Assembly (NCBI GenBank): GCA_964494045.1
Contig: CAZBQM010000004.1
Span: 35-64,034, forward strand
Reading direction: 5' to 3'
Length of the DNA: 64,000 nt
Source of the DNA: an uncultured Rikenellaceae bacterium
GTDB lineage: Bacteria; Bacteroidota; Bacteroidia; Bacteroidales; VadinHA17
A program made the position numbers and the translations under genes. Positions 1 through 9,307 of the stretch are shown here, in pieces. Position 1 is the stretch's first letter, and every line of letters begins with the position of its first letter. The notes beneath the pieces are model-generated. The model made no database searches and was not told the origin of the DNA. It was given only the letters and a program-made list of their open reading frames with translations.

Positions 1-75
1 TTAGGTTAATTGCCATCCGGGCCACAGATTCACTACAGGGTTGTCGTCGTGATTTTTGAAATTCACCCGTTATAT

Positions 76-83
76 TATCTTTG
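76..83 (+). promoter_or_regulatory. candidate Bacteroidota-type -7 promoter box (TATCTTTG) for the ugd-rml operon
   Basis: Exact TAnnTTTG match 41 nt upstream of the ugd ATG. TTTG at 55-58 could be the -33 element, but the 17-nt spacing is shorter than typical. Confidence 0.4.
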
Positions 84-123
84 TATCTGATTAATTCAAT
101 CTGTTCCAAATATTCTGCAATAA

Positions 124-1440
124 ATGAAGATAACTGTTATAGGAACAGGATATGTAGGCCTTGTGACAGGCACCTGTTTCTCAGAAAGCGGGGTGAATGT
201 TGTTTGCGTGGACAATGATTCTGAAAAGATCAGGCAGCTGAATAACGGCATTGTACCTCTGTTTGAGCCCGGACTTGAACCGATGATAAAAAGGAATTGT
301 GAAAAGGGAAGGCTCACCTTTACAACCGATGTGGCTGAGGGGATCAGGGATTCTGAAGTGATCTTCATTGCCGTAGGTACTCCCCCCGGAGAAAATGGCA
401 GTCCTGACCTCAGTCAGGTCTTTAAGGTAGCCAGCGACATAGGGAGGAACCTCTCACATTATGCTGTAGTGGCAACCAAAAGTACGGTGCCTGTAGGTAC
501 GGCGGGAAAGATAAGGTCGGTGATAACAGAGGAACTCATGAGAAGGAATATAGTTCCTGATTTTGATATGGCCTCAAATCCTGAATTCCTTAAAGAAGGG
601 GCGGCTGTCGAGGATTTTCTGCGTCCTGAAAGAATTGTTGTAGGTATTGACAACGAAAAAACCGGAGAGGTAATTAAAAGGCTTTTCATGCCTTTCGTAC
701 TGAATAACCATCCCATACTGTTCATGGATATAGCATCTGCCGAAATAACAAAATATGCCGCCAACGCCATGCTTGCAACAAGGATCAGTTTCATAAACGA
801 GATTGCCAACCTGTGCGAGATTCTGGGGGCCGACATCAACCACGTGAGGAAAGGCATAGGCAGTGACTCAAGGATAGGCAGCAAATTTATGTATCCCGGT
901 GCAGGGTATGGAGGCTCCTGTTTTCCCAAAGACGTGAGGGCAATAATAAGAACCGCAGAGGATAACGGTTATGAACTCAATGTGATAAAAGCCGTTGAAA
1001 AAGCAAATGAATATCAGAAGGATGTTCTGTTCAACAAGATATCAACCCATTTCAAATCCAACCTTTCGGAAAAGACAATAGCTATCTGGGGGCTTTCATT
1101 CAAACCCAAGACAGATGACATCAGGGAGTCTTCTTCAGTTCACCTTATCAGGAAACTCGTTGCCGCCGGGGCCTCAGTCAGAGCATATGACCCTGCTGCC
1201 ATGGAAGAGACTGAAAGGCAGCTTGGCAATATGATAACCTATACCGGCGATCCTTACGAGGCCGTGAAAGATGCCGATGCCGTGGTACTGATGACTGAAT
1301 GGTCCGAGTTTCACCTGCCCGACTTCAGGAAGATGGCCACACTCATGAGAGAAAGAGTACTCTTCGACGGAAGGAATATATACGATCCTGAAGAAATCAG
1401 GAAATCAGGCTTCGTCTACCACGGGATCGGAAGGCGCTGA
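124..1440 (+). CDS. ugd: UDP-glucose 6-dehydrogenase
   Basis: 438-aa ORF. N-terminal Rossmann motif GTGYVGLVTG, catalytic-Cys motif GGSCFPKD, and length typical of the UDP-glucose/GDP-mannose dehydrogenase family. Confidence 0.93.
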   Translation: MKITVIGTGYVGLVTGTCFSESGVNVVCVDNDSEKIRQLNNGIVPLFEPGLEPMIKRNCEKGRLTFTTDVAEGIRDSEVIFIAVGTPPGENGSPDLSQVFKVASDIGRNLSHYAVVATKSTVPVGTAGKIRSVITEELMRRNIVPDFDMASNPEFLKEGAAVEDFLRPERIVVGIDNEKTGEVIKRLFMPFVLNNHPILFMDIASAEITKYAANAMLATRISFINEIANLCEILGADINHVRKGIGSDSRIGSKFMYPGAGYGGSCFPKDVRAIIRTAEDNGYELNVIKAVEKANEYQKDVLFNKISTHFKSNLSEKTIAIWGLSFKPKTDDIRESSSVHLIRKLVAAGASVRAYDPAAMEETERQLGNMITYTGDPYEAVKDADAVVLMTEWSEFHLPDFRKMATLMRERVLFDGRNIYDPEEIRKSGFVYHGIGRR

Positions 1441-1490
1441 AGAATTCTGATAACAACCGATATTCAACAACTAACCAATAACTACCAATC

Positions 1491-2384
1491 ATGAAAGGAA
1501 TTATTCTGGCAGGGGGCTCGGGGACCAGACTTCACCCTCTCACAAGCGTAATCTCAAAACAGATCCTTCCCATCTATGATAAACCCATGATCTACTATCC
1601 TCTTTCTGTTCTGATGCTGGCGGGCATACGGGATATCCTGATCATCTCAACACCCAGGGACCTACCGGGATTCCGCGACCTGCTGGGAGATGGATCCTCA
1701 ATCGGACTCAGACTCAGCTACAGGATCCAGCCTTCTCCCGATGGCCTGGCCCAGGCCTTTATTATAGGTGAAGATTTTATTAACAACGAACCGGTTTGTA
1801 TGATACTGGGCGACAACATATTTTACGGACACGCATTCAGTGAGGTGCTTCGCCGTACTGCCGCCCTGAAACAGGGCGCGTGTGTATTCGGCTACTATGT
1901 CACCGACCCCGAACGCTACGGTGTTGTTGAATTTGACAGGAACAGAAAGGTACTCAGCATCGAGGAAAAACCATCGAAACCCAAATCAAACTATGCCGTA
2001 ACCGGACTCTATTTCTATGATCATACTGTTACTTCAAAAGCCCGGTCACTTAAGCCATCACCAAGAGGAGAACTCGAGATAACTGATCTAAACAGACTCT
2101 ATCTTGAGGAAGGAAGCCTTGAGGTCAAATTCCTTGGCAGGGGAATGGCCTGGCTCGATACCGGGACCTATGAAAGCCTTCTCCAGGCTGCCAACTTCTT
2201 TGCCACCCTCGAACAGAGACAGGGATTGAAAGCCTCATGTATAGAGGAAATTGCCTATCAGAATGGATTTATTTCACGCGATCAGCTCCTTGCCCTTGCC
2301 GAACCAATCAAAAAAAGCCAGTACGGGAAATACCTCATCCGCGTCTCAACGGAAGAACCCGGAACCAATGAAGGAATTAACTAA
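1491..2384 (+). CDS. rmlA: glucose-1-phosphate thymidylyltransferase
   Basis: 297 aa. [13 protein letters not shown] nucleotidyltransferase signature and typical RmlA length. Followed directly by rmlC and rmlD. Confidence 0.95.
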   Translation: MKGIILAGGSGTRLHPLTSVISKQILPIYDKPMIYYPLSVLMLAGIRDILIISTPRDLPGFRDLLGDGSSIGLRLSYRIQPSPDGLAQAFIIGEDFINNEPVCMILGDNIFYGHAFSEVLRRTAALKQGACVFGYYVTDPERYGVVEFDRNRKVLSIEEKPSKPKSNYAVTGLYFYDHTVTSKARSLKPSPRGELEITDLNRLYLEEGSLEVKFLGRGMAWLDTGTYESLLQAANFFATLEQRQGLKASCIEEIAYQNGFISRDQLLALAEPIKKSQYGKYLIRVSTEEPGTNEGIN

Positions 2385-2393
2385 TCTTTTCAG

Positions 2394-2942
2394 ATGAAAA
2401 TCATAACTACAGAATTTCAGGATCTTGTAATAATCAAACCCGTAATATTTTCAGACAACAGGGGCTATTTCTTTGAAAGCTACAAACATGAATCCATCAT
2501 CAAGGCAGGAATATCTTTCAATCCTGTACAGGACAACGAGTCAAAATCATCCAGAGGAGTAATAAGAGGCATGCACTACCAGATGAAACCCTATGACCAG
2601 GCAAAACTGATCAGGGTTGTATCAGGAAAGGTGTATGATGTCTCCCTCGATCTGAGAAGGAACTCCCCCACATTCGGAAAGTGGTTCGGGATAGTCCTCG
2701 ACTCAGATACTAAAGATCAGCTTTTTATACCACGCGGATTCGCACATGGCTTTTCTGTACTGAGCGATACTGCCATCATACAGTATAAATGCGATAACTA
2801 CTATAATTCACAGGCCGAAAGAGGAATTTCGGTAAAAGATCCTTATCTTGGTATTGACTGGAAAACAGAGATATGCGATTCCCTGATAAGTGGAAAAGAC
2901 TTGAAACATCCGGTTTTCAAGGAGGCTGAGTATAACTTTTAA
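2394..2942 (+). CDS. rmlC: dTDP-4-dehydrorhamnose 3,5-epimerase
   Basis: 182-aa cupin with RGMHYQ and PRGFAHGF motifs. Sits between rmlA and rmlD. Confidence 0.93.
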   Translation: MKIITTEFQDLVIIKPVIFSDNRGYFFESYKHESIIKAGISFNPVQDNESKSSRGVIRGMHYQMKPYDQAKLIRVVSGKVYDVSLDLRRNSPTFGKWFGIVLDSDTKDQLFIPRGFAHGFSVLSDTAIIQYKCDNYYNSQAERGISVKDPYLGIDWKTEICDSLISGKDLKHPVFKEAEYNF

Positions 2943-2954
2943 TTTGAATCTGAA

Positions 2955-3833
2955 ATGGCAGTGATATTGGTTACAGGGGCTTCGGGGCAGCTTGGCAGTG
3001 AACTAAAAATTGAAGCAGAAAACTACAGGGGCTACGAATTTGTTTTTACCGATGTCGACATTCTCGATATCACCGATGCTGAAAAAACAAGAGAGTTCAT
3101 AAAACAGACTGATCCCGGTTGGATCATCAACTGTGCGGCATATACCCAGGTCGAAAAAGCTGAATCGGAACCTGAAAAGGCAACACTCATCAATACCGTT
3201 GCAGTCAGGAACCTTGCTGAGGCAATAAAAGGTACTTCATGCCGCCTTATCCATGTATCCACCGACTATGTGTTTGACGGATCTTCCAACACTCCCTATA
3301 ACGAGATGTCTCCCGTCAATCCCCTTTCTGTCTACGGCAGGTCAAAACTGGGTGGTGAAAGGGAAGCCCTTCTTCATAACCATACCATGGTGATAAGAAC
3401 ATCATGGTTGTACTCTTCATTCGGCAAGAACTTTCTAAAGACCATTTTATCGAATGCTGAGAAAAAAGACTCTCTCAGGGTTGTGTTTGACCAGACTGGC
3501 TGTCCCACTTACGCTGCCGACCTGGCTTCTGCAATCATGAATATTGTTGCCTCAGTGATCAGGAACCGTGTTGCCTTCACTCCCGGCCTATACCATTTTT
3601 CAAACGAAGGTGTTTGCAGCTGGTACGACTTTGCTGTTGAGATAGTGGCCGCGGCAGGCTTCAGCTGCAACATCCTCCCCATCCTCAGCGGTGATTATCC
3701 TTCCATTGTCCGACGCCCTGTCTATTCAGTAATGGACAAGTCAAAGATAAAGGAGACCTATGGCCTTACTATCCCTCACTGGAGGAACAGCATGCTGAAG
3801 TGCTTAACAAAACTTAAACAATCCCGGATATGA
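2955..3833 (+). CDS. rmlD: dTDP-4-dehydrorhamnose reductase
   Basis: 292 aa. VTGASGQLG Rossmann motif and STDYVFDG motif. Its stop overlaps the next start (ATGA at 3830-3833). Confidence 0.9.
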   Translation: MAVILVTGASGQLGSELKIEAENYRGYEFVFTDVDILDITDAEKTREFIKQTDPGWIINCAAYTQVEKAESEPEKATLINTVAVRNLAEAIKGTSCRLIHVSTDYVFDGSSNTPYNEMSPVNPLSVYGRSKLGGEREALLHNHTMVIRTSWLYSSFGKNFLKTILSNAEKKDSLRVVFDQTGCPTYAADLASAIMNIVASVIRNRVAFTPGLYHFSNEGVCSWYDFAVEIVAAAGFSCNILPILSGDYPSIVRRPVYSVMDKSKIKETYGLTIPHWRNSMLKCLTKLKQSRI

Positions 3834-5563
3834 TACCCATAAAAGAGATCAGAGAGAAAGCCATACAGTGGCTGGGCGATGAGTACAATGAAGAGACCAG
3901 GAAAGAAGTCAGGCATATGCTTGACCATGACGAAAAAGCGCTTATTGATGCATTCTATCAGGATCTTGAATTCGGAACCGGCGGCCTGAGGGGAATTATG
4001 GGAGCCGGAACAAACAGGATGAATATCTATACCCTGGGTATGGCGACCCAGGGTCTTTCAAACTACCTTATCAGGAATTTCAAAGACCAGAAGATCAGGG
4101 TAGCTGTGGCCCACGACTGTCGCAACAACAGCCGTTACTTTGCCGAGACAACTGCCGCCATCTTCTCGGCTAACGGGTTTGAGGTCTGCCTTTTCGAAGC
4201 CCTCCGTCCCACCCCTGAACTATCATTTGCCATAAGGCATTACGGATGCCGGAGCGGTGTTGTGATCACTGCCTCCCATAATCCGCCTGAATACAATGGT
4301 TACAAAGCTTACTGGGACGACGGCGGTCAGGTTGTGGCACCTCACGATTCGGCAATCATTGAGGAAGTCCGCAAGATAAGGTCAGTAAGTGAGATAAGAT
4401 TCAACGCTGATCCATCAAAGATCAGGATCCTGGGGAAAGAGACAGATGATCTTTTCCTTAAGGAGGTCCTGAAGATGAGGCTAAATCCCGGGATTATCAG
4501 TAAATATGGCGACACGCCAATCGTCTTTACTCCCATCCACGGTACTGGCTCGACCCTTGTCCCGGACGCTCTTAAGCTTTTCGGTTTCAGAAACATAATC
4601 AGGGTACCAGGGCAGGAAGAACCTGATGGCAACTTCCCAACTGTCAAATCGCCCAATCCCGAGGAACCAGGTGCCATGAAAATGGCTATCTCCAGAGCCC
4701 TTGAGACAGGGGCCGAACTTGTGATGGCAACAGATCCCGATGCCGACAGGCTCGGACTTGCCGCCACCAACAACAAGGGTGAATTCGTCCTGCTTAACGG
4801 TAACCAGACGGGGGTGATACTCTCGTACTACATACTCTCACAGTTCAGGGAGAAAAAGCTCCTTAAAGGAAACGAATACATAATAAAGACAATAGTCACA
4901 ACCGACCTTATCGGTAAAATAGCTGAGGGCTTCGGGGTAAAATGCTATGATGTCCTGACAGGTTTCAAATTCTTTGCCGAGCTTATCAGGAAGCTTGAAG
5001 GAAAAGAGAAATTCATCGGGGGAGGAGAAGAAAGCTACGGATTCCTGCCCGGCGACTATGTCAGGGATAAGGATGCTGTCGGATCCTGCGCACTGGCAGC
5101 CGAGGCCCTTGTCTGGGCAAAAAGCAGAAACCTTAACCTCTTCGGACTTCTGTCTGAGATCTACATGAAATACGGTGTTTACAGGGAGAGACTTGTAAAC
5201 ATTGTCAGAAAAGGTAAAGAAGGAGCAGATGAGATAAGGGCCATGATGAAAGGCTACCGCGACAATCCTCCTGAAATGATCAACAACAGCAGGGTTGTCA
5301 GAATCGATGATTACAAGGATCTTATCTCAGTCAACTGCCTTTCGGGAGCAAAAAGCGCCATAAGCCTTAACAGTTCTGATGTACTTCAGCTCTTTCTCGA
5401 AGATGGATCAAAGATATCGGTACGTCCCTCGGGAACCGAACCCAAGATAAAATTTTACTTCAGCGTCAGCATGATGCCACAATCGGCAGATGACATTGAA
5501 AACACGGGAAGCCTTCTCGGGAAAAGGATAGATGGCATTATTTCTGATATGAAACTGGCCTGA
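3830..5563 (+). CDS. phosphoglucomutase/phosphomannomutase family phospho-sugar mutase (PgcA-like length)
   Basis: 577 aa. Phosphoserine loop TASHNPPEYNGYK and metal-binding DPDADR motif. Confidence 0.9.
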   Translation: MIPIKEIREKAIQWLGDEYNEETRKEVRHMLDHDEKALIDAFYQDLEFGTGGLRGIMGAGTNRMNIYTLGMATQGLSNYLIRNFKDQKIRVAVAHDCRNNSRYFAETTAAIFSANGFEVCLFEALRPTPELSFAIRHYGCRSGVVITASHNPPEYNGYKAYWDDGGQVVAPHDSAIIEEVRKIRSVSEIRFNADPSKIRILGKETDDLFLKEVLKMRLNPGIISKYGDTPIVFTPIHGTGSTLVPDALKLFGFRNIIRVPGQEEPDGNFPTVKSPNPEEPGAMKMAISRALETGAELVMATDPDADRLGLAATNNKGEFVLLNGNQTGVILSYYILSQFREKKLLKGNEYIIKTIVTTDLIGKIAEGFGVKCYDVLTGFKFFAELIRKLEGKEKFIGGGEESYGFLPGDYVRDKDAVGSCALAAEALVWAKSRNLNLFGLLSEIYMKYGVYRERLVNIVRKGKEGADEIRAMMKGYRDNPPEMINNSRVVRIDDYKDLISVNCLSGAKSAISLNSSDVLQLFLEDGSKISVRPSGTEPKIKFYFSVSMMPQSADDIENTGSLLGKRIDGIISDMKLA

Positions 5564-5597
5564 CAGGTGCTTCTTCAGGTTTGGTTTATCCAGTGAT

Positions 5598-7025
5598 TCA
5601 CGATCCGAAGAAACTGTCGTCGAAGTTAACCAGGTAAACCCTGTCGGTAGCCCTCGTAAGGGCTGTATAAAACCATCTCAGGTAATCTGAAGTAATATCG
5701 GTCCTATTGAACATCCCCTGGTCGATAAAGACCCTCTCCCATTGCCCACCCTGGGCCTTATGGCAGGTAACCGCGTAGGCAAATTTAATCTGCAGGGCAT
5801 TATAATAAGGATCCTCCCTTACGGCGCTCAGTTGTTTCCTGCGGGTTTTAAGATGTAGGTAATCTGCCAGTACATTCTGATATAGCTCCCTGCTCCTGTC
5901 TGACGGCAGGGAAGGGGAATCAAGATGCAGCACATCGAGCATCACCTTCGACTCTATCTCGATGTCATAATCAGGAAACTTAAGCGACATCTCAGCAAAC
6001 CTGAAACCATATATCTCCTCATATTTCCTTATCCTTCTTACCTCAGCTATGTCGCCGTTGGCAATAAAACCCGGCCCGTCTTCCCCGTCCGCAATGCTAT
6101 AGTTGTTTCTTACAACCATAACCATGTCGCCGGTACTTATCTCCTCTTCCCTGAAAAAGATCCTGTTCCTTATTCCCTGGTTATACCTGTTTGCCTGTTT
6201 ATTCGAGTTCACCACTATGATGGTGCCTTCAAGTCCGCATTTGTTGTATGCCTCCGAAATCTCATCAATCAGGTCCTCCCCGCTGATCCGGGTTATATCG
6301 CTGAAGTCGCTGCAGTTAAGAGAAGGACGTGAAAGATCACCTGTTGCAATCTGCAGGCGCAGTGCGGTTGCATTCATCAATACTCCCGACGACTCGCTCT
6401 GCCTTACTACCTGCTTTAGTTCAGTAGTCTCAAGACCAAAGCCGTACTGACCCAGGCTGCCGGGATCGAGGGCCGGACTCTCAGCCGAGCCAACCGGAGG
6501 CAACTGGGCTGTGTCACCCACAAGAATCAGCTTGCAGTCAATACCCGAATATACATATTCGATAAGGTCATCGAGAAGTTTTCCGCTCCCAAAAAGCGAT
6601 GCATCGCCCGATATGTTGGAGATCATTGAAGACTCGTCCACAATGAAGAAGGTGTTCCTTGAGAGGTTCCTGTCGAGAAGGAACCTGCCCATGACATCAA
6701 CTGAAGATTTCTGCCTGTAAATTTTTTTATGAATGGTGAAGGCCTCGCGTCCTGAATAGGAAGCCAGCACCTTTGCTGCCCTTCCGGTCGGCGCCATCAG
6801 AACAGATTTAACCCGGAGCTTGTCGAGAGTCCTGACCAGTGAACTTATTATGCTTGTCTTTCCCGTGCCCGCGTAACCGGTAAGAAGAAAGATCCTGTCG
6901 TTGCTGTTCTCGCATATATATGCCGACAGCTTTTCGAGTGACAGGGACTGATCGCCGGTCGGAACGTTTCCCAGGTTCTGGCAAAGTTCATTGTAGATTA
7001 ATGTCTCACGCATTTTGACCGGCAT
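5598..7025 (-). CDS. short RecD-like SF1 DNA helicase / AAA ATPase
   Basis: 475 aa. Walker A GYAGTGKTS, Walker B FFIVDESSM, and a C-terminal TCHKAQGGQW motif typical of RecD/TraA-type helicase C-terminal domains. Confidence 0.85.
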   Translation of the reverse strand: MPVKMRETLIYNELCQNLGNVPTGDQSLSLEKLSAYICENSNDRIFLLTGYAGTGKTSIISSLVRTLDKLRVKSVLMAPTGRAAKVLASYSGREAFTIHKKIYRQKSSVDVMGRFLLDRNLSRNTFFIVDESSMISNISGDASLFGSGKLLDDLIEYVYSGIDCKLILVGDTAQLPPVGSAESPALDPGSLGQYGFGLETTELKQVVRQSESSGVLMNATALRLQIATGDLSRPSLNCSDFSDITRISGEDLIDEISEAYNKCGLEGTIIVVNSNKQANRYNQGIRNRIFFREEEISTGDMVMVVRNNYSIADGEDGPGFIANGDIAEVRRIRKYEEIYGFRFAEMSLKFPDYDIEIESKVMLDVLHLDSPSLPSDRSRELYQNVLADYLHLKTRRKQLSAVREDPYYNALQIKFAYAVTCHKAQGGQWERVFIDQGMFNRTDITSDYLRWFYTALTRATDRVYLVNFDDSFFGS

Positions 7026-7220
7026 GGTTGAAGCTTGGATTATTTTTATAATTTTGTATAAACTGATACAAACTTAACAATAGAAAGCATATCCTCTCCG
7101 TCATATCATTACAAATATCCGGACTGCTTTCCCGGAACATGAGGTCAGATGGTGAATAAGACCGGCAGACTCCCATGAAGGGAAAGAGAGACAGCGGAGG
7201 GCAAATTACTGAGACACAAG

Positions 7221-8063
7221 ATGGCGTTTACCGAACTGTTTGACGAGACCCTTGACATCAACGCCACCGAAAACTATGAGTTATCGGTCATGGTTGCATA
7301 TGATGGCCTCAGCTTTACCATACTCGATACTCTCAGGAACAAGTTTGTACTTATCAGGTCATATGAACCGGATGAAGGCAGAAATTTCAATGCCGAAAAG
7401 ATATCCGGGATAATAGACAGCGATGATTTCCTTCTGAGGAAGTTTAAAAAGTCCGTTGTTCAGACACCCTCCCGGAAGTCGACTGTCATTCCGGCAGCGC
7501 TCTACGATCCGGGAAAAAAAGACAGATACTTCACCTTCAACCATACCACCGAACCCGGCCAGGTGATACTCGCCAACAGGATAAACGATCCGGCATCCTA
7601 TGTCGTTTTTCAGATACCTGCTGCTCTCAGTGAAGTGCTGAACCATCATTTTCCCGGTCTCAGCCTGTACCACCACAGCAAGCCGCTTCTCTGGTATGCT
7701 TCCCGCAGGGCACGCCCGGCTGAGGGCTTATATGTACAGGTACACGTTGAGAGGGATTTCTTCACCCTGGTCATCTTTGGCAATGGCGATCTGAAATTCT
7801 GCAATTCTTTTGTTTACAGAAACATCTCCGACATAATGTATTATGTGCTGAACGCTTTCAGAAAGATGAATATAGGCCAGGAGGAAACCATTTACTTCAG
7901 TGGACGTGCGGGGATATATGACGACATCACCTCTGGATTCTCGGTGTATGTAAGAAACATCAAATTCTGCGAACCCTACGGTAATCACAGTTTCAGCTAT
8001 GTATTCAGCGAGACGGGTCTGCAGCGACACCTTAACCTTTTCAGTGCTCTGAGTTGCGAATAA
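7221..8063 (+). CDS. conserved hypothetical protein (DUF3822-like; family name recalled, not verified)
   Basis: 280-aa ORF with an ATG start and no catalytic motif that I recognise. From memory, this Bacteroidota family is commonly encoded just upstream of rsmD. It overlaps rsmD by 10 nt. Confidence 0.6.
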   Translation: MAFTELFDETLDINATENYELSVMVAYDGLSFTILDTLRNKFVLIRSYEPDEGRNFNAEKISGIIDSDDFLLRKFKKSVVQTPSRKSTVIPAALYDPGKKDRYFTFNHTTEPGQVILANRINDPASYVVFQIPAALSEVLNHHFPGLSLYHHSKPLLWYASRRARPAEGLYVQVHVERDFFTLVIFGNGDLKFCNSFVYRNISDIMYYVLNAFRKMNIGQEETIYFSGRAGIYDDITSGFSVYVRNIKFCEPYGNHSFSYVFSETGLQRHLNLFSALSCE

Positions 8064-8608
8064 TAAGCGGAAAATACAAGGGAAGGAGGATCTCTCCTCC
8101 GGGCAGTTTCAGTTCAAGGCCGACCACGGACCTTGCCAGGGAAAGTCTTTTCAACATATTGAATAACCGTGTTGACTTTGAAGGCTTAAGTGTGTTGGAT
8201 CTCTTCTCCGGTACGGGGAGCGTCAGTTTTGAGTTTGCCTCCAGAGGAGCAGAAAGTGTTCATCTTGTCGAGAAGGACTTCAGGCATATTGTCGGAATAA
8301 AAAAAGTAATAAAAGAACTGGGGATAACCGTTATCAGGCCGGTACATATTGATGTCAAAGCCTTTCTCAGGACCTGTACATCGAAGTATGATATAGTTTT
8401 CGCTGATCCTCCATACAATCTACACTGGCTGAAGGAGATACCCGAAATGGTTCTTGGAGCCGGGGTACTTAAGGAAAATGGTTTTCTTATCCTTGAACAT
8501 CCGGATGCTCTCAGGTTCAATGAGAATCCGGGTTTTTATGAGCACAGGAACTACGGAAGGGTCAATTTCAGTTTCTTTGCTCCCCCCTCTCCTTCCCCGA
8601 TAGTGTAA
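8054..8608 (+). CDS. rsmD: 16S rRNA (guanine966-N2)-methyltransferase RsmD
   Basis: 184 aa. N-terminal RIISGKYKGRRI and DPPY motif (VFADPPYN). The ORF-track start is TTG at 8054, so the exact start is uncertain. Confidence 0.85.
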   Translation: MRIISGKYKGRRISPPGSFSSRPTTDLARESLFNILNNRVDFEGLSVLDLFSGTGSVSFEFASRGAESVHLVEKDFRHIVGIKKVIKELGITVIRPVHIDVKAFLRTCTSKYDIVFADPPYNLHWLKEIPEMVLGAGVLKENGFLILEHPDALRFNENPGFYEHRNYGRVNFSFFAPPSPSPIV

Positions 8609-8661
8609 CATGCAGATATACTGCAATACATGACCAGATGAAAATTTTATTTATTCAAAAA

Positions 8662-8692
8662 TTTGGCATAATAAAAAATTGGATTAATTTTG
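8662..8692 (+). promoter_or_regulatory. candidate promoter of tRNA-Asp (-33 TTTG at 8662-8665, -7 TAATTTTG at 8685-8692)
   Basis: Both Bacteroidota consensus elements are present with a 19-nt spacer. The -7 box ends 18 nt before the tRNA 5' end. Confidence 0.55.
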
Positions 8693-8709
8693 CCACGCGT
8701 TTGAGACCT

Positions 8710-8783
8710 GGTGCGGTAGTTCAGTTGGTTAGAATATCGGCCTGTCACGCCGAGGGTCGCGGGTTCGAGTCCCGTCCGCACCG
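8710..8783 (+). tRNA. tRNA-Asp (anticodon GTC)
   Basis: Hand-folded 74-nt cloverleaf. Acceptor GGTGCGG/CCGCACC, D arm GTTC..GAAT, anticodon stem TCGGC/GCCGA with loop CTGTCAC, T arm GCGGG-TTCGAGT-CCCGT, discriminator G. CCA is not encoded. Confidence 0.93.
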
Positions 8784-8802
8784 CAAAAAGAGGTAAAAAC
8801 AA

Positions 8803-8833
8803 AAAGCCGCCTGAAAGGCGGCTTTAGTTTTTT
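8803..8833 (+). terminator. rho-independent terminator after tRNA-Asp
   Basis: aaagccgcc-tgaaa-ggcggcttt forms a 9-bp stem, followed by agtttttt. Confidence 0.7.
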
Positions 8834-8893
8834 ACTATGGCGGCATTTATTCCGCTTTAGCGGGAATAAAGGAGGACATAGTAAAAAGCGTCA

Positions 8894-8921
8894 GCTGAGG
8901 CTCAGCCTCAGCTTTGTTTTT
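8894..8921. terminator. terminator-like hairpin with flanking A and T runs (possibly bidirectional)
   Basis: gctgaggc-tca-gcctcagc forms an 8-bp stem. It is preceded by aaaaagcg and followed by tttgttttt. No gene ends here. Confidence 0.4.
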
Positions 8922-8977
8922 ACCTCTTTTTGCCAAGGTAACCCGTGGAGGAAAGGGTCCGGCGAAGCCAATCCCGT
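8913..8977 (+). repeat. 65-bp direct repeat, copy A (truncated tRNA-end-like unit)
   Basis: 63/65 identical to 9060-9124 by manual alignment. Its first 21 nt are the exact reverse complement of 8783-8803 (tRNA discriminator plus 3' flank). Confidence 0.85.
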
Positions 8978-9059
8978 ATTCTCTGTCAAAAATCCACCCT
9001 GCAGCCTGGCTCCTCGCTATCCAGACATACAATGTCTGAACTTTACGCTCAGCCCCATT

Positions 9060-9146
9060 TTTGTTTTTACCTCTTTTTGCCAAGGTAAACCGTGGAGGAA
9101 AGGGTCCGGCGAAGCCAGTCCCGTCCGCACCGCAGGAAAAACAAAA
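9060..9146 (+). repeat. 65-bp direct repeat copy B, extended by an exact copy of the tRNA-Asp 3' end (att-like; DR2 = 9092-9146)
   Basis: 9118-9134 gtcccgtccgcaccgca is identical to tRNA positions 8769-8785. The following ggaaaaacaaaa mimics the native tRNA flank. Confidence 0.85.
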
Positions 9147-9176
9147 AGCCATCCGTCAGGATGGCTTTAGTGTTTT
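9145..9176 (+). terminator. terminator-like hairpin paralogous to the tRNA terminator
   Basis: agccatcc-gtca-ggatggct forms an 8-bp stem followed by ttagtgtttt. It shares the flanks (aaaaagcc...ggctttag) of 8803-8833 but has a different stem interior. Confidence 0.5.
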
Positions 9177-9307
9177 AATATCGTCACTTCGCTGTCACTC
9201 CCTCGCCTTTTCCACCGATTCTCCATGGCGGACATAAGCTATTTGCCAAATAATCCAAATACAGTACAAAATATTATTGCCACTAAAATATTTATTATCT
9301 TGCATTT

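Noticed and set aside
1-57. Possible 3' end of an upstream plus-strand gene (frame 3 open from the window edge to TGA at 55-57)
   Set aside because: Only 18 codons are visible (RLIAIRATDSLQGCRRDF). That is too short to support any call.
8913-9146. Possible CRISPR array (repeated about 65-bp units with a spacer)
   Set aside because: There are only two copies. The unit is far longer than CRISPR repeats, the period is 147 bp, the repeats are derived from the tRNA flank, and no cas genes are in the window.
8847-9152. 101-aa minus-strand ORF with an internal protein repeat (GFAGPFPPR.TLAKRGKNK twice)
   Set aside because: The repeat is simply the translation of the two 65-bp DNA direct repeats. 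The ORF spans terminator-like hairpins and tRNA-fragment sequence and has no plausible start context. I treat it as non-coding.
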